A stretch of DNA of 64,000 nucleotides, taken from the NCBI RefSeq assembly GCF_009914755.1, contig NC_060943.1. One strand, written 5' to 3'. The notes under the pieces are model-generated. The model saw only the letters and a program-made list of their open reading frames with translations. It was not told the DNA's origin and ran no database searches. Every line of letters begins with the position of its first letter. Position 1 is the first letter of the stretch. Below are positions 1 to 11,359 of the stretch, piece by piece. The position numbers were made by a program, and so were the translations under genes. Source of the stretch: the human T2T-CHM13v2.0 reference genome, Homo sapiens.

Positions 1-34
1 AATTTGCAAGTGGAGATTTCAGCCGCTTTGAGGT

Positions 35-51
35 CAATGGTAGAATAGGAA
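35..51 (+). promoter_or_regulatory. pJalpha-box position of the A-type monomer (first copy; recurs every ~340 bp)
   Basis: CAATGGTAGAATAGGAA, with variant ...GTAGAAAAGGAA (e.g. 1735-1751), occupies the position homologous to the CENP-B box in the alternate monomer. Confidence 0.75.
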
Positions 52-205
52 ATATCTTCCTATAGAAACTAGACAGAATGATTCTCAGAAACTCCTTTGT
101 GATGTGTGCGTTCAACTCACAGATTTTAACCTTTCTTTTCATAGAGCAGTTAGGAAACACTCTGTTTGTAAAGTCTGCAAGTGGATATTCAGACCTCCTT
201 GAGGC

Positions 206-222
206 CTTCGTTGGAAACGGGA
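206..222 (+). promoter_or_regulatory. CENP-B box (first copy; the position recurs every ~340 bp)
   Basis: CTTCGTTGGAAACGGGA matches the 17-bp consensus YTTCGTTGGAARCGGGA exactly. By manual count about 36 of ~188 copies have a change in the core TTCG/A/CGGG positions. Confidence 0.97.
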
Positions 223-247
223 TTTCTTCATATTCTGCTAGAGAGAA

Positions 248-587
248 GAATTCTCAGTAACTTCCTTGTGTTGTGTGTATTCAACTCACAGAGTTCAACG
301 ATCCTTTACACAGAGCAGACTTGAAACACTCTTTTTGTGGAATTTGCAAGTGGAGATTTCAGCCGCTTTGAGGTCAATAGTAGAATAGGAAATATATTCC
401 TATAGAAACTAGACAGAATGATTCTCAGAAACTCCTTTGTGATGTGTGCGTTCAACTCACAGAGTTCAACCTTTCTTTTCATAGAGCAGTTAGGAAACAC
501 TCTGTTTGTAAAGTCTGCAAGTGGATATTCAGACCTCCTTGAGGCCTTCGTTGGAAACGTGATTTCTTCATATTATGCTAGACAGAA
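248..587 (+). repeat. Representative 340-bp EcoRI dimer unit
   Basis: GAATTC at 248-253 and again at 588-593. Box-to-box spacing is 171 bp (35 to 206) then 169 bp (206 to 375). Confidence 0.95.
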
Positions 588-3500
588 GAATTCTCAGTAA
601 CTTCCTTGTGTTGCGTGTATTCAACTCACAGAGTTGAACGATCCTTTACAAAGAGCAGACTTGAAACACTCTTTTTGGGGAATTTGCAAGTGGAGATTTC
701 AGCCGCTTTGAGGTCAATGGTAGAATAGGAAATATCTTCCTATAGAAACTAGACAGAATGATTCTCAGAAACTCCTTTGTGATGTGTGCATTCAACTCAC
801 AGAGTTTAACCTTTCTTTTCATAGAGCAGTTAGGTAACACTCTTTTTGTAAAGTCTGCAAGTGGATATTCAGACCTCTTTGAGGCCTTCGTTGGAAACGG
901 GATTTTTTCATATTATGCCAGACAGAAGAATTCTCAGTAACTTCCTTGTGTTGTGTGTATTCAACTCACAGAGTTCAACGATCCTTTACACAGAGCAGAC
1001 TTGAAACACTCTTTTTGTGGAATTTGCAAGTGGAGATTTCAGCCGCTTTGAGGTCAATGGCAGAAAAGGAAATATCTTCGTATAAAAACTAGACAGAATG
1101 ATTCTCAGAAACTCCTTTGTGATGTGTGCGTTCAACTCACAGAGTTTAACCTTTCTTTTCATAGAGCAGTTAGGAAACACTCTGTTTGTAAAGTCTGCAA
1201 GTGGATATTCAGACCTCCTTGAGGCCTTCGTTGGAAACGGGATTTCTTCATATTATGCTAGACAGAAGAATTCTCAGTAACTTCCTTGTGTTGTGTGTAT
1301 TCAACTCACAGAGTTGAACGATCCTTTACACAGAGCAGACTTGAAACACTCTTTTTGTGGAATTTGCAAGTGGAGATTTCAGCCGCTTTGAGGTCAATGG
1401 TAAAATAGGAAATATCTTCCTATAGAAACTAGACAGAATGATTCTCAGAAACTCCTTTGTGATGTGTGCGTTCAACTCACAGAGTTTAACCTTTCTTTTC
1501 ATAGAGCAGTTAGGAAACACTCTGTTTGTAAAGTATGCAAGTGGATATTCAGGCCTCTTTGAGGCCTTCGTTGGAAACGGGATTTCTTCATATTATGCTA
1601 GACAGAAGAATTCTCAGTAACTTCCTTGTGTTGTGTGTATTCAACTCACAGAGTTGAACGATCCTTTACACAGAGCAGACTTGAAACACTCTTTTTGTGG
1701 AATTTGCAAGTGGAGATTTCAGCCGCTTTGAGGTCAATGGTAGAAAAGGAAATATCTTCGTATAAAAACTAGACAGAATGATTCTCAGAAACTCCTTTGT
1801 GATGTGTGCGTTCAACTCACAGAGTTTAACCTTTCTTTTCATAGAGCAGTTAGGAAACACTCTGTTTGTAAAGTCTGCAAGTGGATATTCAGACCTCCTT
1901 GAGGCCTTCGTTGGAAACGGGGTTTGTTCATATTATGCTAGACAGAAGAATTCTCAGTAACTTCCTTGTGTTGTGTGTATTCAACTCACAGAGTTGAACG
2001 ATCCTTTACACAGAGCATAGTTGAAACACTCTTGTTGTGGAATTTGCAAGTGGAGATTTCAGCCGCTTTGAGGTCAATGGTAGAATAGGAAATATCTTCC
2101 TATAGAAACTAGACAGAATGATTCTCAGAAACTCCTTTGTGATGTGTGCGTTCAACTCACAGATTTTAACCTTTCTTTTCATAGAGCAGTTAGGAAACAC
2201 TCTGTTTGTAAAGTCTGCAAGTGGATATTCAGACCTCCTTGAGGCCTTCGTTGGAAACGGGATTTCTTCATATTCTGCTAGAGAGAAGAATTCTCAGTAA
2301 CTTCCTTGTGTTGTGTGTATTCAACTCACAGAGTTCAACGATCCTTTACACAGAGCAGACTTGAAACACTCTTTTTGTGGAATTTGCAAGTGGAGATTTC
2401 AGCCGCTTTGAGGTCAATAGTAGAATAGGAAATATATTCCTATAGAAACTAGACAGAATGATTCTCAGAAACTCCTTTGTGATGTGTGCGTTCAACTCAC
2501 AGAGTTCAACCTTTCTTTTCATAGAGCAGTTAGGAAACACTCTGTTTGTAAAGTCTGCAAGTGGATATTCAGACCTCCTTGAGGCCTTCGTTGGAAACGT
2601 GATTTCTTCATATTATGCTAGACAGAAGAATTCTCAGTAACTTCCTTGTGTTGCGTGTATTCAACTCACAGAGTTGAATGATCCTTTACAAAGAGCAGAC
2701 TTGAAACACTCTTTTTGGGGAATTTGCAAGTGGAGATTTCAGCCGCTTTGAGGTCAATGGTAGAATAGGAAATATCTTCCTATAGAAACTAGACAGAATG
2801 ATTCTCAGAAACTCCTTTGTGATGTGTGCATTCAACTCACAGAGTTTAACCTTTCTTTTCATAGAGCAGTTAGGTAACACTCTTTTTGTAAAGTCTGCAA
2901 GTGGATATTCAGACCTCTTTGAGGCCTTCGTTGGAAATGGGATTTTTTCATATTATGCCAGACAGAAGAATTCTCAGTAACTTCCTTGTGTTGTGTGTAT
3001 TCAACTCACAGAGTTCAGCGATCCTTTACACAGAGCAGACTTGAAACACTCTTTTTGTGGAATTTGCAAGTGGAGATTTCAGCCGCTTTGAGGTCAATGG
3101 CAGAAAAGGAAATATCTTCGTATAAAAACTAGACAGAATGATTCTCAGAAACTCCTTTGTGATGTGTGCGTTCAACTCACAGAGTTTAACCTTTCTTTTC
3201 ATAGAGCAGTTAGGAAACACTCTGTTTGTAAAGTCTGCAAGTGGATATTCAGACCTCCTTGAGGCCTTCGTTGGAAACGGGATTTCTTCATATTATGCTA
3301 GACAGAAGAATTCTCAGTAACTTCCTTGTGTTGTGTGTATTCAACTCACAGAGTTGAACGATCCTTTACACAGAGCAGACTTGAAACACTCTTTTTGTGG
3401 AATTTGCAAGTGGAGATTTCAGTCGCTTTGAGGTCAATGGTAGAATAGGAAATATCTTCCTATAGAAACTAGACAGAATGATTCTCAGAAACTCCTTTGT

Positions 3501-5440
3501 GATGTGTGCGTTCAACTCACAGAGTTTAACCTTTCTTTTCATAGAGCAGTTAGGAAACACTCTGTTTGTAAAGTATGCAAGTGGATATTCAGGCCTCTTT
3601 GAGGCCTTCGTTGGAAACGGGATTTCTTCATATTATGCTAGACAGAAGAATTCTCAGTAACTTCCTTGTGTTGTGTGTATTCAACTCACAGAGTTGAACG
3701 ATCCTTTACACAGAGCAGACTTGAAACACTCTTTTTGTGGAATTTGCAAGTGGAGATTTCAGCCGCTTTGAGGTCAATGGTAGAAAAGGAAATATCTTCG
3801 TATAAAAACTAGACAGAATGATTCTCAGAAACTCCTTTGTGATGTGTGCGTTCAACTCACAGAGTTTAACCTTTCTTTTCATAGAGCAGTTAGGAAACAC
3901 TCTGTTTGTAAAGTCTGCAAGTGGATATTCAGACCTCCTTGAGGCCTTCGTTGGAAACGGGGTTTGTTCATATTATGCTAGACAGAAGAATTCTCAGTAA
4001 CTTCCTTGTGTTGTGTGTATTCAACTCACAGAGTTGAACGATCCTTTACACAGAGCATAGTTGAAACACTCTTGTTGTGGAATTTGCAAGTGGAGATTTC
4101 AGCCGCTTTGAGGTCAATGGTAGAATAGGAAATATCTTCCTATAGAAACTAGACAGAATGATTCTCAGAAACTCCTTTGTGATGTGTGCGTTCAACTCAC
4201 AGATTTTAACCTTTCTTTTCATAGAGCAGTTAGGAAACACTCTGTTTGTAAAGTCTGCAAGTGGATATTCAGACCTCCTTGAGGCCTTCGTTGGAAACGG
4301 GATTTCTTCATATTCTGCTAGAGAGAAGAATTCTCAGTAACTTCCTTGTGTTGTGTGTATTCAACTCACAGAGTTCAACGATCCTTTACACAGAGCAGAC
4401 TTGAAACACTCTTTTTGTGGAATTTGCAAGTGGAGATTTCAGCCGCTTTGAGGTCAATAGTAGAATAGGAAATATATTCCTATAGAAACTAGACAGAATG
4501 ATTCTCAGAAACTCCTTTGTGATGTGTGCGTTCAACTCACAGAGTTCAACCTTTCTTTTCATAGAGCAGTTAGGAAACACTCTGTTTGTAAAGTCTGCAA
4601 GTGGATATTCAGACCTCCTTGAGGCCTTCGTTGGAAACGTGATTTCTTCATATTATGCTAGACAGAAGAATTCTCAGTAACTTCCTTGTGTTGCGTGTAT
4701 TCAACTCACAGAGTTGAACGATCCTTTACAAAGAGCAGACTTGAAACACTCTTTTTGGGGAATTTGCAAGTGGAGATTTCAGCCGCTTTGAGGTCAATGG
4801 TAGAATAGGAAATATCTTCCTATAGAAACTAGACAGAATGATTCTCAGAAACTCCTTTGTGATGTGTGCATTCAACTCACAGAGTTTAACCTTTCTTTTC
4901 ATAGAGCAGTTAGGTAACACTCTTTTTGTAAAGTCTGCAAGTGGATATTCAGACCTCTTTGAGGCCTTCGTTGGAAACGGGATTTTTTCATATTATGCCA
5001 GACAGAAGAATTCTCAGTAACTTCCTTGTGTTGTGTGTATTCAACTCACGGAGTTCAACGATCCTTTACACAGAGCAGACTTGAAACACTCTTTTTGTGG
5101 AATTTGCAAGTGGAGATTTCAGCCGCTTTGAGGTCAATGGCAGAAAAGGAAATATCTTCGTATAAAAACTAGACAGAATGATTCTCAGAAACTCCTTTGT
5201 GATGTGTGCGTTCAACTCACAGAGTTTAACCTTTCTTTTCATAGAGCAGTTAGGAAACACTCTGTTTGTAAAGTCTGCAAGTGGATATTCAGACCTCCTT
5301 GAGGCCTTCGTTGGAAACGGGATTTCTTCATATTATGCTAGACAGAAGAATTCTCAGTAACTTCCTTGTGTTGTGTGTATTCAACTCACAGAGTTGAACG
5401 ATCCTTTACACAGAGCAGACTTGAAACACTCTTTTTGTGG

Positions 5441-8400
5441 AATTGGAAAATGGAGATTTCAGTCGCTTTGAGGTCAATGGTAGAATAGGAAATATCTTCC
5501 TATAGAAACTAGACAGAATGATTCTCAGAAACTCCTTTGTGATGTGTGCGTTCAACTCACAGAGTTTAACCTTTCTTTTCATAGAGCAGTTAGGAAACAC
5601 TCTGTTTGTAAAGTCTGCAAGTGGATATGCAGACCTCTTTGAGGCCTTCGTTGGAAATGGGATTTCTTCATATTCTGCTAGAGAGAAGAATTCTCAGTAA
5701 CTTCCTTCTGTTGTGTGTATTCAACTCACAGAGTTGAACGATCCTTTACACAGAGCAGACTTGAAACACTCTTTTTGTGGAAATTGCAAGTGGAGATTTC
5801 AGCCGCTTTGAGGTCAATGGTAGAATAGGAAATATCTTCGTATAAAAACTAGACAGAATGATTCTCAGAAACTCCTTTGTGATGTGTGCGTTCAACTCAC
5901 AGAGTTTAACCTTTCTATTCATAGAGCAGTTAGGAAACACTCTGTTTGTAAAGTCTGCAAGTGGATATTCAGACATCCTTGAGGCCTTCGTTGGAAACGG
6001 GGTTTGTTCATATTATGCTAGACAGAAGAATTCTCAGAAACTTCCTTGTGTTGTGTGTATTCAACTCACAGAGTTGAACGATCGTTTACACAGAGCAGAC
6101 TTGAGACACTCTTTTTGTGGAATTTGTAAGTGGAGATTTCAGCCGCTTTGAGGTCAATGGTAGAAAAGGAAATATCTTCATATAAAAACTAGACAGAATG
6201 ATTCTCAGAAACTCCTTTGTGATGTGTGCGTTCAACTCACAGAGTTTAACCTTTCTTTTCATAGAGCAGTTAGGAAACACTCTGTTTGTAAAGTCTGCAA
6301 GTGGATATTCAGACCTCTTTGAGGCCTTCTTTGGAAACGGGATTTCTTCATATTATGCTAGACAGAAGAATTCTCAGTAACTTCCTTGTGTTGTGTGTAT
6401 TCAACTCACAGAGTTGAACGATCCTTTACACAGAGCAGACTTGAAACACTCTTTTTGTGGAATTTGCAAGTGGAGATTTCAGCCGCTTTGAGGTCAATGG
6501 TAGAATAGGAAATATCTTCCTATAGAAACTAGACAGAATGATTCTCAGAAACTCCTTTGTGATGTGTGCGTTCAACTCACAGAGTTTAACCTTTCTTTTC
6601 ATAGAGCAGTTAGGAAACACTCTGTTTGTAAAGTCTGCAAGTGGATATTCAGACCTCTTTGAGGCCTTCGTTGGAAACGGGATTTCTTCATATTATGCTA
6701 GACAGAAGAATTCTCAGTAACTTCCTTGTGTTGTGTGTATTCAACTCACAGAGTTGAACGATCCTTTACACAGAGCAGACTTGAAACACTCTTTTTGTGG
6801 AATTTGCAAGTGGAGATTTCAGCCGCTTTGAGGTCAATGGTCGAAAAGGAAATATCTTCGTATAAAAACTAGACAGAATGATTCTGAGAAACTCGTTTGT
6901 GATGTGTGCGTTCAACTCACAGAGTTTAACCTTTCTTTTCATAGAGCAGTTAGGAAACACTCTGTTTGTAAAGTCTGCAAGTGGATATTCAGACCTCCTT
7001 GAGGCCTTCGTTGGAAACGGGATTTCTTCATATTATGCTAGACAAAAGAATTCTCAGTAACTTCCTTGTGTTGTGTGTATTCAACTCACAGAGTTGAACG
7101 ATCCTTTACACAGAGCAGACTTGAAACACTCTTTTTGTGGAATTTGCAAGTGGAGATTTCAGCCGCTTTGAGGTCAATGGTAGAATAGGAAATATCTTCC
7201 TATAGAAACTAGACAGAATGATTCTCAGAAACCCCTTTGTGATGTGTACGTTCAACTCACAGAGTTTAACCTTTCTTTTCATAGAGCAGTTAGGAAACAC
7301 TCTGTTTGTAAAGTCTGCAAGTGGATATTCAGACCTCCTTGAGGCCTTCGTTGGAAACTGCATTTCTTCATATTATGCTAGACAGAAGAATTCTCAGTAA
7401 CTTCCTTGTGTTGTGTGTATTCAACTCACAGAGTTGAACGATCCTTTACACAGAGTAGACTTGAAACACTCTTGTTGTGGAATTTGCAAGTGGAGATTTC
7501 AGCCGCTTTGAGGTCAATGGTAGAACAGGAAATATCTTCCTATAGAAACTAGACAGAATGATTGTCAGAAACTCCTTTGTGATGTGTGCGTTCAACTCAC
7601 AGAGTTTAACCTTTCTTTTCATAGAGCAGTTAGGAAACACTCTGTAAAGTCTGCAAGTAGATATTCAGACATCTTTGAGGCTTTCGTTGGAAACGGGATT
7701 TCTTCATATTCTGCTAGACAGAAGAATTCTCAGAAACTTCCTTGTGTTGTGTGTATTCAACTCACAGAGTTGAACGATCCTTTACACAGAGTAGACTTGA
7801 AACACTCTTGTTGTGGAATTTGCAAGTGGAGATTTCAGCCGCTTTGAGGTCAATGGTAGAATAGGAAATATCTTCCTATAGAAACTAGACAGAATGATTC
7901 TCAGAAACTCCTTTGTGATGTGTGCGTTCAACTCACAGAGTTTAACCTTTCTTTTCATAGAGCAGTTAGGAAACACTCTGTTTGTAAAGTCTGCAAGTGG
8001 ATATTCAGACCTCCTTGAGGCCTTCGTTGGAAACGGGATTTCTTCATATTATGCTAGACAGAAGAATTCTCAGTAACTTCCTTGTGTTGTGTGTATTCAA
8101 CTCACAGAGTTGAACGATCCTTTACACAGAGCAGACTTGAAACACTGTTTTTGTGGAATTTGCAAGTGGAGATTTCAGCCGCTTTGAGGTCAATGGTAGA
8201 ATAGGAAATACCTTCCTATAGAAACTAGACAGAGTGATTCTCAGAAACTCCTTTGTGATGTGTGCATTCAACTCACAGAGTTTAACCTTTCTTTTCATAG
8301 AGCATTTGGGAAACACTCTGTTTGTAAAGTCTGCAAGTGGATATTCAGACCTCTTTGAGGCCTTCGTTGGAAACGGGATTTCTTCATATTCTGCTAGACA

Positions 8401-11300
8401 GAAGAATTCTCAGAAACTTCCTTGTGTTGTGTGTATTGAACTCACAGACTTGAACGATCCTTTACTCAGAGCAGACTTGAAACACTCCTTTTGTGGAATT
8501 TGCAAGTGGAGATTTCAGCCGCTTTTAGGTCAATGGTAGAATAGGAAATATCTTCCTATAGAAACTAGACAGAATGATTCTCAGAAACTCCTTTGTGCTG
8601 TGTGCGTTCAGCTCACAGAGTTTAACCTTTCTTTTCATAGAGCAGTTAGGAAACACTCTGTTTGTAAAGTCTGCAAATGGATATTCAGACATCTTTGAGG
8701 CCTTCGTTGGAAACGGGATTTCTTCATATTCTGCTAGACAGAAGAATTCTCAGAAACTTCCTTGTGTTGTGTGTTTTCAACTCACAGAGTTGAACGATGC
8801 TTTACACAGAGTAGACTTGAAACACTCTTTTTGTGTAATTTGCAAGTGGAGATTTCAGCCGCTTTGAGGTCAATGGTAGAAAAGGAAATATCTTCGTATA
8901 AAAACTAGACAGAATGATTCTCAGAAACTCCTTTGTGATGTGTGCGTTCTACTCACAGAGTTTAACCTTTCTTTTCATAGAGCAGTTAGGAAACACTCTG
9001 TTTGTAAAGTCTGCAAGTGGATATTCAGACCTCTTTGAGGCCTTCGTTGGAAACGGGATTTCTTCATATTCTGCTAGACAGAAGAATTCTCAGTAACTTC
9101 ATTGTGTTGTGTGTATTCAACTCACAGAGTTCAACGATCCTTTACACAGAGCAGACTTGAAACACTCTTTTTCTGGAATTTGCAAGTGGAGATTTCAGCC
9201 GCTTTGAGGTCAATGGTAGAAAAGAAATATCTTCCTATAAAAACTAGACAGAATGATTCTCAGAAACTCCTTTGTGATGTGTGCGTTCAACTCACAGAGG
9301 TTAACCTTTCTTTTCATAGAGCAGTTAGGAAACACTCTGTTTGTAAAGTCTGCAAGTGGAGATTCAGACCTGCTTGAGGCATTCGTTGGAAACGGGATTT
9401 CTTCATATTATGCTAGACAGAAGAATTCTCAGTAAGTTCCTTGTAGTGTGTGTATTCAACTCACAGAGTTGAACGATCCTTTACACAGAGCAGACTTGAA
9501 ACACTCTTTTTGTGTAATTTGCAAGTGGAGATTTCAGCCGCTTTGAGGTCAATGGTAGAATAGGAAATATCTTCCTATAGAAACTAGACAGAATGATTCT
9601 CAGAAACTCCTTTGTGATGTGTGCATTCAACTCACAGAGTTTAACCATTCTTTTCATAGAGCAGTTAGGAAACACTCTGTTTGTAAAGTCTGCAAGTGGA
9701 TATTCAGACCTCTTTGAGGCCTTCGTTGGAAACGGGATTTCTTCATATTATGCAAGACAGAAGAATTCTCAGTAACTTCCTTGTGTTGTGTGTATTCAAC
9801 TCACAGAGTTGAACGATCCTTTACACAGAGCATACTTGAAACACTCTTGTTGTGGAATTTGCAAGTGGAGATTTCAGCCACTTTGAGGTCAATGGTAGAA
9901 AAGGAAATATCTTCGTATAAAAACTAGACAGAATGATTCTCAGAAACTCCTTTGTGATGTGTGCGTTCAACTCCCAGAGTTTAACCTTTCTTTTCATAGA
10001 GCAGTTAGGAAACACTCTGTTTGTAAAGTCTGCAAGTGGATATTCAGACCTCTTTGAGGCCTTCGTTGGAAACGGGATTTCTTCATATTCTGCTAGACAG
10101 AAGAATTCTCAGTAACTTCCTTGTGTTGTGTGTATTCAACTCACAGAGTTGAACGATCCTTTACACAGAGCAGACTTGAAACACTCTTTTTGTGGAATTT
10201 GCAAGTGGAGATTTCAGCCGCTTTGAGGTCAATGGTAGAATAGGAAATATCTTCCTATAGAAACTAGACAGAATGATTCTCAGAAACTCCTTTGTGATGT
10301 GTGCGTTCAACTCACAGAGTTTAACCTTCCTTTTCATAGAGCAGTTGGGAAACACTCTGTTTGTAAAGTCAGCAAGTGGATATTCAGACCTCTTTGAGGC
10401 CTTCGTTGGAAACGGGATTTCTTCATATTCTGCTAGACAGAAGAATTCTCTGTAACTTCCTTGTGTTGTGTGTATTCAACTCACAGAGTTGAATGATCCT
10501 TTACACAGAACAGACTTGAAACACTCTTTTTGTGGAATTTGCAAGTGGAGATTTCAGCCGCTTTGAGGTCAATGGTAGAATAGGAAATATCTTCCTATAG
10601 AAACTAGACAGAATGATTCTCAGAAACTCCTCTGTGATGTGTGCGTTCAACTCACAGAGTTTAACCTTTCTTTTCATAGAGCAGTTAGGAAACACTCTGT
10701 TTGTAAAGTCTGCAAGTGGATATGCAGACATCTTTGAGGCTTTCGTTAGAAACGGGAATTCTTCATATTCTGCTATACAGAAGAATTCTCAGAAACTTCC
10801 TTGTGTTGTGTGTATTCAACTCACAGAGTTGAACGACGCTTTACACAGAGCAGACTTGAAACACTCTTTTTGTGGAATTTGCAAGTGGGGATTTCAGCCG
10901 CTTTGAGGTCAATGGTAGAATAGGGAATATCTTCCTATAGAAACTAGACAGAATGATTCTCAGAAACTCCTTTGTGATGTGTGCGTTCAACTCACAGAGT
11001 TTAACCTTTCTTTTCATAGAGCAGGTAGGAAACACTCTGTTTGTAAAGTCTGCAAGTGGATATTCAGACCTCCTTGAGGCCTTCGTTGGAAACGGGATTC
11101 CTTCATATTCTGCTATACAGAAGAATTCTCAGAAACTTCCTTGTGTTGTGTGTTTTCAACTCACAGAGTTGAACGATGCTTTACACAGAGTAGACTTGAA
11201 ACACACTTTTTGTGTAATTTGCAAGTGGAGATTTCAGCCGCTTTGAGGTCAATGGTAGAAAAGGAAATATCTTCGTATAAAAACTAGACAGAATGATTCT
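5441..11300 (+). repeat. Heterogeneous dimeric alpha-satellite without a regular HOR period
   Basis: Many one-off substitutions, a unique 4-bp deletion (~7645) and a 1-bp deletion (~9223). No multi-dimer block visibly repeats in tandem. Confidence 0.75.
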
Positions 11301-11359
11301 CAGAAACTCCTTTGTGATGTGTGCGTTCAGCTCACAGAGTTTAACCTTTCTTTTCATAG

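Larger units (their letters stand above)
1..5440 (+). repeat. Homogeneous 2040-bp (6-dimer, 12-mer) higher-order repeat, ~2.7 copies in window
   Basis: Diagnostic variants recur at exactly 2040 bp: agattttaac 121/2161/4201; aaacgtga ~560/2600/4640; tttgggg ~678/2718/4758; taggtaacac 831/2871/4911; aagtatgc 1531/3571; ggtttgttca 1921/3961/6001. Only about five private substitutions per pairwise comparison are visible. Confidence 0.93.

Noticed and set aside
82-90. TTCTCAGAA STAT/GAS-like motif and nGAAn (HSE-like) arrays near the EcoRI site
   Set aside because: Short motifs intrinsic to the alpha-satellite consensus; the sequence alone gives no evidence of function.
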